Of a stretch of 35,237 nucleotides of DNA, positions 26,602-34,786 are shown piece by piece; positions within the stretch are counted from its first letter, which is position 1, and every line of letters starts with the position of its first letter. Made by a program: the position numbers and the translations under genes. Source of the DNA: Bacteroidales bacterium (lineage in GTDB: Bacteria; Bacteroidota; Bacteroidia; Bacteroidales; JAIORY01). The stretch spans positions 1 through 35,237 of the forward strand of contig DAOVNY010000002.1 in assembly GCA_030630005.1 (NCBI GenBank), read 5' to 3'. The notes beneath the pieces are model-generated. The model did no database searches, had not been told where the DNA came from, and saw nothing but the letters and a program-made list of their open reading frames with translations.

Positions 26602-27798
26602 TTAAAATTCATCCATTTCATACGCAAAAGCAGCATAAAAAGCAGATGCAACAACCAAATCATCAATAAGAACTTTTTCGTTTGGTGCATGTGCCAGCAC
26701 TTCATTTCCCGGACCAAAACCAATTGTTGGAATACCATAAATTCCATTAATTGTTACTCCGTTTGTCGAGAAAGTCCATTTATCAATTTTTGCATTTCTT
26801 TGATAAAGATTTTGATATGCCTTAACTCCGGTTTGAACAATTTTATGATCTTCGGGAATTTTCCATGTAGGATAATATTTTTCCATTCCGTACTCCAGCC
26901 CTGTGTATGCTTTTTCCGAATAGTTAAGAACTTTAACTTCGGCTTTAATATCCTTAATCAATTCCTCAATTTCCTTAACAGCAGATTCTTTCGTTTCTCC
27001 CCACGTCAATCTACGATCAAGATGAATTCTGGCAAAATCCGAGACAGCACATAAAGAAGGACTTCCTGAAATAATTTCGGAAATAGTAATACTTCCCTTT
27101 CCAAGGAATTCATTATATTGAAGATGTTCATTTAATTTTTCGATTTCAAGAGCCACACGAGAAGCCATATAAATAGCATTTTCGCCTCGCTCGGGTGCAG
27201 AGCCATGTGAAGAAACTCCATAAAAACTTACCTGCATTTCCATTCTACCACGATGTCCGCGATAAATATTCAAATTTGTTGGTTCTGTACTAATTACAAA
27301 ATCAGGCTTAATTCCATCTTCTTCAATAATATATTTCCAGCATAGCCCGTCACAATCTTCTTCCATCACGCTACCTACAAAATATATTGTCATATCTTTA
27401 TCAAATCCGAGTTCTTTCAAAATTTTACCCGATGTTACAAATGATGCAGGTCCGCCTTTCTGATCAACAGAGCCTCTTCCATGAACAAATCCATTTTTAA
27501 TTTCACCTCCCAAGGGATTAAAATCCCAATTCTTAATATTTCCAATATCAACAGTATCCATGTGACCGTCAATTGCAAGGTTTTTTTTACCATTTCCTAT
27601 TCTGCCAATCACATTTCCAAGCCCGTCAATCTTAACTTCATCAAATCCAGCATCTTCCATCTGTTGCTTCAATTCCATTTGGACAAGTTTTTCATCCTTA
27701 CTTAAAGATTTTATTTTAATGAGTTTTGACAGATTTTCAGCCGTATAATCTCTATACTTCTCCGATAACTCATTTATCTTACTAATAACACTTTTCAT
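26602..27798 (-). CDS. ygeY: YgeY-type M20 family metallohydrolase
   Basis: 398 aa. GNIKNWDFNP, HGRGSVDQKGG, EEDCDGLCWKYIIEE, STEPT, HGSAPERGENAI, DRRLTWGET, KWTFSTNG and GFGPG...AHAPNE are collinear with E. coli YgeY as I remember it. Confidence 0.92.
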   Translation of the reverse strand: MKSVISKINELSEKYRDYTAENLSKLIKIKSLSKDEKLVQMELKQQMEDAGFDEVKIDGLGNVIGRIGNGKKNLAIDGHMDTVDIGNIKNWDFNPLGGEIKNGFVHGRGSVDQKGGPASFVTSGKILKELGFDKDMTIYFVGSVMEEDCDGLCWKYIIEEDGIKPDFVISTEPTNLNIYRGHRGRMEMQVSFYGVSSHGSAPERGENAIYMASRVALEIEKLNEHLQYNEFLGKGSITISEIISGSPSLCAVSDFARIHLDRRLTWGETKESAVKEIEELIKDIKAEVKVLNYSEKAYTGLEYGMEKYYPTWKIPEDHKIVQTGVKAYQNLYQRNAKIDKWTFSTNGVTINGIYGIPTIGFGPGNEVLAHAPNEKVLIDDLVVASAFYAAFAYEMDEF

Positions 27799-28050
27799 AT
27801 CATAGATTTTATCTGCAAACCAATAAAAATCATTTTTATTATTATCTATACAAACTTACGAAAAACAATTATGTAAGTTCCCTTTGATGATTTTAAATTT
27901 GAATAATTTTTCACAAACTATAAATTTCATTTTTTAGAGGAAAAATATTAAGTTTACAATTTTAAAACGAAAAGCTATTTTAAAACTCAAACATCTGACA
28001 AAGAAACCATAAAAATCCGGATGGATTAAAATAAATTAAAACATGATATT

Positions 28051-28668
28051 TTGACATTTATTAAAGACACCTATAAAACAATTGATAAAGCATCAACAGG
28101 ATATTACAAAGACAAGGGTAGTAAATTTATTGCTGAAGCTATTTCGGTTGATTCAGAAGAAAAAGTAAAAGAAATTTTGGAAAAAATAAAAAGCAAATAT
28201 CATGATGCCCGCCATCACTGCTATGCCTATCGTTTAGGTTTTGATAAATCAATTTTTAGAATTAACGATGATGGAGAACCATCGGGAACTGCAGGAAAAC
28301 CTATTTTTGGTCAGATTAGATCCAAAGACCTGACAAACATATTAATAGTGGTTATCAGATATTTTGGCGGAACTAAACTTGGCGTAAGAGGATTGATAAA
28401 TGCATACAAAGCTGCGGCACAAGATTCCTTAGAAAACACAAATATTATTACAAAAACTGTAAATGACCTATACAGATTAGATTTTGAATATACTGCGATG
28501 AATGATGTAATGAGAATTCTTAAAGAAGAAACCCTACAGCAATCAAATCAAAAATTTGAAATTTCGTGTTCATTAGAATTTCTCGTACGAAAAAAAGAAT
28601 CAAAAAGAATATTTGAATATTTTGACAAAATAAAAAATTTAGAAATAACTTATTTAAGGACAGAATAA
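28051..28668 (+). CDS. yigZ: IMPACT/YigZ family (UPF0029) protein
   Basis: 205 aa. KGSKFIA, HDARHHCYAYRLG, DDGEPSGTAGKPI, VVIRYFGGTKLGVRGLINAY. There is no in-frame ATG after the stop at 28027, so the start is TTG (28051) or ATT (28048). Confidence 0.85.
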   Translation: MTFIKDTYKTIDKASTGYYKDKGSKFIAEAISVDSEEKVKEILEKIKSKYHDARHHCYAYRLGFDKSIFRINDDGEPSGTAGKPIFGQIRSKDLTNILIVVIRYFGGTKLGVRGLINAYKAAAQDSLENTNIITKTVNDLYRLDFEYTAMNDVMRILKEETLQQSNQKFEISCSLEFLVRKKESKRIFEYFDKIKNLEITYLRTE

Positions 28669-28691
28669 TTTGTTATAAAATCGTTTTTCTT

Positions 28692-28757
28692 TGTACAACA
28701 AAAAAAGTTGAAAAACAATAGCAAAAATATTTTTTTTTAAACTTTTTTTGTTGCACA
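28692..28757. repeat. 16-bp inverted repeat (15/16) with a 34-nt spacer, upstream of dnaA
   Basis: tgtacaacaaaaaaag (28692-28707) versus ctttttttgttgcaca (28742-28757). Confidence 0.6.
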
Positions 28758-28893
28758 TTTGTTCATATCAAAGTCACTATAGTTAAAACCAAACAAGTGC
28801 ATTGATTTTCAGGACTTATAAAAAACCGAATTAATCAAAACGATCAAAATAATAATACGTTATTAGTCAATAATTAAAAAAAATATTTAATAA

Positions 28894-30333
28894 ATGGGGA
28901 AAAATTACACTGACGTATGGGAAAGTTGTCTAAAAATAATTAAAGACAATATACATTACCAGAGTTATCAAACATGGTTTGAACCAATAACTCCTATTAA
29001 ACTAAAAAACAACATTTTAACCATACAGGTTCCTAGTCAGTTTTTTTATGAATGGCTTGAAGAACATTATATTAATCTTTTAAAAAAAACAATTAAAAAG
29101 GAATTAGGCAATGAAGGTAGTCTTGAATATAGTATAATAATGGATAACTCATTTAATAATTCAAAACCTTATACCATTAATATCCCAACCAGCGAAAAAA
29201 GAGCAACAAAAAACCCTCCCGTTTCTATGCCTATCGACCTTAATAAAGGTGGAAAATCAAAAGATATTCCAAATCCATTTATTATACCGGGTTTAAAAAA
29301 GATCAAAGTTCAATCACAGCTTATTGAAAATTATTCATTTGATAATTTTGTTGAGGGTGATTGTAATCGTCTTGCTCGTTCAGCAGGTTATGCCGTAGCT
29401 GAAAATCCGGGAAAAACATCATTCAATCCCTTATTAATATATAGTGATGTTGGTTTGGGAAAAACTCATCTGGTTCATGCAATTGGACTTCAGGTTAAAA
29501 ATAATTTTCCCAATAAAACTGTTCTTTACGTAACTACTGAACAATTTATAGGACAATATATCGATTCCGTTAGAAATAATAATCAAAATGATTTTATTCA
29601 TTTTTATCAAATGATTGATGTTTTGATAATTGATGACATTCAATTTATAGCGGGAAAGGAAAAAACACAAGATGTATTTTTCCATATTTTTAATCAATTA
29701 CATCAAAACGAAAAACAAATAATTCTCACAGCAGATAAACCTCCTGTTGAAATGAAAGGCATGGAACCACGCCTTCTTTCAAGGTTTAAATGGGGATTAG
29801 CTGCCGACCTCCAAGTTCCTGACCTTGAAACACGTATTGCTATCTTGCAAAAAAGATTATATTATGACGGCATAAAAATGCCTTATGATGTTATTGAATA
29901 TCTTGCTTATAGCATAACAACTAATATTAGAGAACTCGAAGGAGCTCTTATCTCTATCCTGGCTCAATCATCACTTAACAAAAAAGCAATAACTATCGAA
30001 CTTGCCAAGAAAATGATTGACAAGTTTGTTAAAAACACATCTCGCGAAATATCAATAGATTATATTCAAAAAGTTGTTTGTGACTATTTTGATATTACCA
30101 TGGATATGATAAATTCAAAAACCAGAAAGCGGGAAATCGTTCAAGCGAGGCAATTAGCCATGTTTTTTTCTAAAAAACATACCAAGTCTTCTTTGGCAAC
30201 AATTGGATTGCATTGTGGCAACAAAGACCATGCAACAGTATTACATGCATGCAGAACTGTAAATAATTTAGTTGATACCGACAAGCAATTTAAAACCTAT
30301 GTTGAAGAGCTTGAAAAGAAAATTAAATTGTAA
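28894..30333 (+). CDS. dnaA: Chromosomal replication initiator protein DnaA
   Basis: 479 aa. AAA+ Walker A GLGKTHL, Walker B LIIDDIQF, sensor and box VII regions, and a C-terminal DNA-binding domain (VQARQLAMFF...KDHATVLHA). Confidence 0.97.
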   Translation: MGKNYTDVWESCLKIIKDNIHYQSYQTWFEPITPIKLKNNILTIQVPSQFFYEWLEEHYINLLKKTIKKELGNEGSLEYSIIMDNSFNNSKPYTINIPTSEKRATKNPPVSMPIDLNKGGKSKDIPNPFIIPGLKKIKVQSQLIENYSFDNFVEGDCNRLARSAGYAVAENPGKTSFNPLLIYSDVGLGKTHLVHAIGLQVKNNFPNKTVLYVTTEQFIGQYIDSVRNNNQNDFIHFYQMIDVLIIDDIQFIAGKEKTQDVFFHIFNQLHQNEKQIILTADKPPVEMKGMEPRLLSRFKWGLAADLQVPDLETRIAILQKRLYYDGIKMPYDVIEYLAYSITTNIRELEGALISILAQSSLNKKAITIELAKKMIDKFVKNTSREISIDYIQKVVCDYFDITMDMINSKTRKREIVQARQLAMFFSKKHTKSSLATIGLHCGNKDHATVLHACRTVNNLVDTDKQFKTYVEELEKKIKL

Positions 30334-30448
30334 TATTTTCGGTTTTTATTTGTTATATTACTAAAATTTTTGTACCTTTAGATTTTAAAAAACTAAAAAG
30401 AATAGGTTTATTCAAAGAATAAACTATATATATAACTAAATAGGCAAT

Positions 30449-30901
30449 ATGAAAAATATATTATTTGTAAGTTTAGGAAATGTTTGTCGTTCTCCTTTAG
30501 CAGAAGGTATTCTTAAAAACAAAATTGAAAAATCAAACAAGAAAGCTATTATAGATTCGGCAGGATTTGAATCATTTAACATTAATGAGCCACCACAAAA
30601 AAAAGCTATTAAATTCGCCAAAAAGAAAGGAATTGATATTTCTGAAATACGATGTCGTCTGTTTACTGTTGAAGATTTTGATATTTTCGATGAAGTTTAT
30701 GTAATGGATTCCGGAAGTTATCGTGAATGTCAATATTTTTCGCGTAATGAAAAAGACATGGAAAAAGTAAAGTTTTTGATGAATGTAACTTCCAAACCAA
30801 ATAAAACAGTACACAATCCAAACTATTTTAGTGAAGGCGGTTTAGAAAAAACATATAAAATGCTTAACGAAGCATGTGATAAAATTGTTGATTCCATTTA
30901 A
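30449..30901 (+). CDS. Low-molecular-weight protein-tyrosine-phosphatase homologue lacking the catalytic Cys and Asp
   Basis: 150 aa with LMW-PTP fold motifs: ILFVSLGNVCRSPLAEG, DSAG, YVMD. The P-loop reads S-LGNVC-RS instead of C-X5-R-S, and the DPYY loop reads NPNYF. Confidence 0.85.
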   Translation: MKNILFVSLGNVCRSPLAEGILKNKIEKSNKKAIIDSAGFESFNINEPPQKKAIKFAKKKGIDISEIRCRLFTVEDFDIFDEVYVMDSGSYRECQYFSRNEKDMEKVKFLMNVTSKPNKTVHNPNYFSEGGLEKTYKMLNEACDKIVDSI

Positions 30902-30995
30902 TAAACAGTACACTTCCAAGAACGAGAAAATACAATAATTGAACCTTCATCTGCAGTTCCTGTTGCTGCTTTGCCAGAGAAAAAAAATCAAAGTC

Positions 30996-31709
30996 ATGAA
31001 GAAAAAATGCGGAAACCTTTACCTTATACCTTCGAGTCTTGGAAACCAAGATACAAGAAAGATACTTCCCGGATACAATATTTCGATAATGAATCAGCTT
31101 GATGAATTTATTGTTGAAAGTGCAAGAACAGCCCGAAGGTTTTTAAAATCTGCCGGCTATACACAATCACTCGACAAACTAAAATTTCACATACTTGACA
31201 AGCATACAAACATTGCTGAATATTCTTCATTTTTAAATTCGGTATTAGACGGGAAAAATATAGGTCTTTTGTCGGAAGCCGGAACACCCTGTATTGCAGA
31301 TCCCGGAGCAGCCATCGTTAAAATCGCACATCAAAAAAACATTAAAGTAATTCCACTTATAGGTCCTTCATCAATTATATTATCATTAATGGCGTCAGGA
31401 TTTAACGGTCAAAACTTTGCTTTCCATGGTTATCTTCCAATCGAAAATAATGCAAGCGCAAAGACAATAAAAGAGATTGAAAAAACAGTATTCAGAGAAG
31501 ATCAAACTCAAATATTTATAGAAACTCCATATAGAAATATGAAGCTTCTAAATTCTCTTATCGAAAATTGCTCGAAGAAAACAATATTATGTATTGCTTG
31601 TGATATTACACTTGACAGTGAATTTATTAAGTCAAAATCAATTTATGAATGGGGGAAAAATATACCTGAAGTAAATAAAAGACCTACGGTTTTTTTACTT
31701 TATAAATAA
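30996..31709 (+). CDS. Tetrapyrrole (TP)-methylase-fold SAM-dependent methyltransferase, RsmI-like
   Basis: GNLYLIPSSLGN at the N-terminus and LLSEAGTPCIADPGA are typical of the RsmI/YraL-like TP-methylase family. Start placed at the ATG at 30996 (MKKKCGNLY) rather than the TTG at 30939. Confidence 0.75.
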   Translation: MKKKCGNLYLIPSSLGNQDTRKILPGYNISIMNQLDEFIVESARTARRFLKSAGYTQSLDKLKFHILDKHTNIAEYSSFLNSVLDGKNIGLLSEAGTPCIADPGAAIVKIAHQKNIKVIPLIGPSSIILSLMASGFNGQNFAFHGYLPIENNASAKTIKEIEKTVFREDQTQIFIETPYRNMKLLNSLIENCSKKTILCIACDITLDSEFIKSKSIYEWGKNIPEVNKRPTVFLLYK

Positions 31710-31767
31710 AAACTTCTTATTTATTATTATTTTACTATTTTTACAACTTCTAATTTTCAACTATTTA

Positions 31768-32577
31768 ATGAAAAAAAAAATTAAAGTTAAGGAATTTGAA
31801 ACTTTTGAAGATTTTAGAATCTCAAAAAGCAAGAGAATTTTTGATATAATTTTTGCATTAATAGCATTAATAATTTTATCTCCCTTTTTATTAATAACTG
31901 CCTTTTTAATAAAAATTGAATCGAAAGGACCTGTTATTTACAAATCGTACAGAGCAGGCACAGGTTATGATATATTTCGTTTTTACAAATTCAGGTCTAT
32001 GTACCTTGAATCTGAAAATAAACAAGCAGAACTTTCTGAACTTAATCAGTATTTGATAAACAAACATAACAAAAGTGAAATAAAACTTGAAACAGATGTA
32101 TGCCCCGAATGTGAACGACTGGGATATCCCTGTTCACCAATTCTTTTCATTGACGGAAATCAAATTTGTGAAAATTTTTATCTTCAAAAAAAGAGATTAC
32201 ATTCTACAAAAACAACGTTTTTTAAAATTAAAAATGATCCACGTGTAACAAAGATTGGTAAATTTATCAGATTAACTAATATTGACGAATTACCTCAATT
32301 TATAAATGTTTTAAAAGGAGATATGTCTGTTGTTGGCAATCGCCCTTTGCCACTTTATGAGGCTGAAATGTTAACTTCCGACCAGTGGGCATTACGATTT
32401 CTTGCACCTGCAGGAATTACCGGTTTATGGCAAGTTAATTTAGGAGGGAAAAAAATTCTTTCGGAAGAAGATCGGAAAACTCTTGATAATAAATATACCC
32501 TTGATAAATCATTTTGGAAAGACATTCTGATCATTATCAGAACTATCCCTGTTATGTTCCGTAAAGATAATATTTAA
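31768..32577 (+). CDS. Bacterial sugar transferase (monotopic phosphoglycosyl transferase, WbaP/EpsL-like) with an internal insertion
   Basis: SKRIFDIIFALIALIILSPFLL re-entrant helix, GPVIYKSYRAG, FYKFRSM, NDPRVTKIGKFIRLTNIDELPQFINVLKGDMSVVGNRP. Confidence 0.85.
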   Translation: MKKKIKVKEFETFEDFRISKSKRIFDIIFALIALIILSPFLLITAFLIKIESKGPVIYKSYRAGTGYDIFRFYKFRSMYLESENKQAELSELNQYLINKHNKSEIKLETDVCPECERLGYPCSPILFIDGNQICENFYLQKKRLHSTKTTFFKIKNDPRVTKIGKFIRLTNIDELPQFINVLKGDMSVVGNRPLPLYEAEMLTSDQWALRFLAPAGITGLWQVNLGGKKILSEEDRKTLDNKYTLDKSFWKDILIIIRTIPVMFRKDNI

Positions 32578-32664
32578 CATCCGGATATTCCCATCACTCC
32601 ATTACAGAGAGTATCTGTCCGTCTATTTTAAAAATTTATCCTCATAGGAATCTGATTAATAACT

Positions 32665-33897
32665 TTATTTATCTTCAAGTGCTTTTAACCGCTGTAGCAA
32701 TGTTGGATGCGAGTAATAAAAAAACACATAAAGAGGATGCGGACGTAAGTTGCTCAAATTATCAACAGATAATTTTTTTAAGGCTTTTTTTAAAGCATTA
32801 GCACTATACTTTTCTCCGGCAAATCTATCAGCCTGATACTCATTTTTTCTTGACACAAAATTCATTATCAAGCCAATAACCAACGAAAGAGGACTATATA
32901 AAAGTCCGAAGGCAAGAATACCAATATGAAAACTACCTTCAGTAGCTCCCAAAGCTTGAGACAAAACAGGATTTCCAATAAATAGCGACAAAACAAACAG
33001 CATTACTCCTGTTTGAGCAATAGAAATTATCATTCCGAATAAGGTATGTTTCTTTTTATAATGACCGATCTCATGAGCCAGAACAGCAACAAGTTCTTCG
33101 GTGGTATGATTTTCAATTAGAGTGTCATACAAAACAATTCTTTTTTTCGGACCTAATCCGCTGAAATATGCATTAGCTTTTTTGGACCTTTTTGATCCGT
33201 CAATTTTATAAATATTATCAAGTTTAAAATTTACCTTTTTCGCGAAGTCTTGAATTGCCGAACGTAACTCACTTTCTTCCAATGGCGTTTGTTTATTAAA
33301 TAACGGAACTATTAAAGTTGAATAGAACATTGTCATAAATATCATAAAAAAACTAATGGCACCCCAGGCAATAAGCCAAAACCATTCACCTGTTGATGAA
33401 TATATCCAAACAATTAATGCCAGCAATCCGCCACCAATGATAGCTCCCAGCAATAATCCCTTAATTTTGTCAAGAATAAAAGTTTTAACATTTGTTGTAT
33501 TAAAACCAAATCTTTCTTCAATAACAAATACCGAATATATCGAAAAAGGAGTTGACAAGATATCCGCTGCCAATCCTAAGATCCCAAAAAATAATAATGC
33601 CATAAAAACTGGATTTTGAGTAATGCTTCTAACATATTCATCCAAAAAAGCAAATCCACTTAAAAAAAGTATTAATAAAATAGCCACAAAAGAAATAGAA
33701 TCAGTAAGTTGCGAAAAACGATGTTTTACTTTTTCATACTTCTGTGAAGTCTTATATTTCTTTTCATCATAAATCTCTTTTAATTCATCCGGCAGTTTAC
33801 TTGACCATTTTAATGTATTAAGGTAATCAAGTGATCTTTCAAGGAAAAAATCAAAAACAATAATTGCTATGATGATTATAAAAATTGTATTACTCAT
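32665..33897 (-). CDS. M48-family (Ste24/HtpX-like) integral membrane zinc metallopeptidase
   Basis: 410 aa, multiple TM helices, HEIGHYKKKH (HExxH), and a C-terminal SHPTLLQRL motif typical of M48 peptidases. Confidence 0.85.
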   Translation of the reverse strand: MSNTIFIIIIAIIVFDFFLERSLDYLNTLKWSSKLPDELKEIYDEKKYKTSQKYEKVKHRFSQLTDSISFVAILLILFLSGFAFLDEYVRSITQNPVFMALLFFGILGLAADILSTPFSIYSVFVIEERFGFNTTNVKTFILDKIKGLLLGAIIGGGLLALIVWIYSSTGEWFWLIAWGAISFFMIFMTMFYSTLIVPLFNKQTPLEESELRSAIQDFAKKVNFKLDNIYKIDGSKRSKKANAYFSGLGPKKRIVLYDTLIENHTTEELVAVLAHEIGHYKKKHTLFGMIISIAQTGVMLFVLSLFIGNPVLSQALGATEGSFHIGILAFGLLYSPLSLVIGLIMNFVSRKNEYQADRFAGEKYSANALKKALKKLSVDNLSNLRPHPLYVFFYYSHPTLLQRLKALEDK

Positions 33898-33974
33898 GTT
33901 ATAAATTCTTTAATTATATTAAATGTTCAATTGTTATTTTAGCGTAAATGATTAAATTTGCAAATAGAATCATA

Positions 33975-34751
33975 TTAAATATATCCATAAATATCATAAA
34001 CAACATATCCAATGGTTTCGTGAATGATCTTTTTCCATAAAATAAAATTTACCATCTGTGGAACAAATAAATGCTCGAACTGGTATCGGCGTATTCCGGC
34101 GTATTTATTTGTAGAATAAGGTATAACTTCTACACCTTGCCTTCTAAAACAACCCACAGACCGTCTCATGTGAACAGCCGATGTTATCAATAATATTTTA
34201 TCTTTATCAAGACCATTTTCCTTTAGTATTCTGGTGCAATAAACTGCATTTTGATAAGTATTATCCGATAAAGTATCCAATAAAATATCATTTTCATCAA
34301 TTCCAATTTGCAAAAGAAAATCTTTTATCAAATCAGCTTCGAGCATATCCCTAAAAATCAGATTACCTGCTCCACCTGATAAAAGCAATTTATCAATTTT
34401 TCCTGCTTTATATAATTCTATTGCTTGTAAAACCCTGTCGATATTGTTACGATATGTCCGGCGGTCATTTATATTATCGTAAGTAATTATTCCTCCACCC
34501 ATCACTATTCCAACTTTATAGCTATCAGCCAGATCTTCCGTTTTTGTAACCGGTATTTCCCAGGCTCTCATCAATTCATCAATAATAAATGAATTTGAAA
34601 AAAAATAAAACAACAATAAAGCTGCGATCAAAAGTTTTCGTGATCTTTTTATGTTCTTCCTAAAATAAACCAATGACAAGACCAATAAAACAATGATCAA
34701 TAAAACCGGAGCCATAAAAATCTCTATTATTTTTGAAATTACAAAAAACAA
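33975..34751 (-). CDS. DUF218 (YdcF/ElyC/SanA-like) domain protein
   Basis: 258 aa. Two N-terminal TM segments, then VGIVMGGG, LLLSGGAGN and LITSAVHMRRS, which fit the DUF218 pattern. Confidence 0.7.
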   Translation of the reverse strand: MFFVISKIIEIFMAPVLLIIVLLVLSLVYFRKNIKRSRKLLIAALLLFYFFSNSFIIDELMRAWEIPVTKTEDLADSYKVGIVMGGGIITYDNINDRRTYRNNIDRVLQAIELYKAGKIDKLLLSGGAGNLIFRDMLEADLIKDFLLQIGIDENDILLDTLSDNTYQNAVYCTRILKENGLDKDKILLITSAVHMRRSVGCFRRQGVEVIPYSTNKYAGIRRYQFEHLFVPQMVNFILWKKIIHETIGYVVYDIYGYI

Positions 34752-34786
34752 ATTTTTAAAATTAGATTAAATAGTTATTACTATTT

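Noticed and set aside
30406-30424. Hairpin gtttattc-aaa-gaataaac downstream of dnaA as an intrinsic terminator
   Set aside because: The stem is 8 bp and entirely AT-rich apart from one G-C pair, and it is followed by tatatata rather than a T-run. That is too weak to call.
1362-30814. Many 60-121-aa ORFs nested in or antisense to larger genes, for example 1362-1688, 2224-2547, 3467-3745, 3702-4061, 5793-6020, 6905-7219, 9980-10324, 21442-21807, 22626-22955, 26689-27054 and 30572-30814
   Set aside because: Each lies inside a gene with strong family motifs on another frame or strand. They have Phe/Ile/Leu/Ser-rich compositions typical of off-frame translation and carry no recognisable motif.
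30939-30995. TTG start at 30939 for the TP-methylase gene
   Set aside because: The extra 19 residues (MNLHLQFLLLLCQRKKIKV) have no counterpart in the family. The ATG at 30996 gives the expected GNLYLIP N-terminus.
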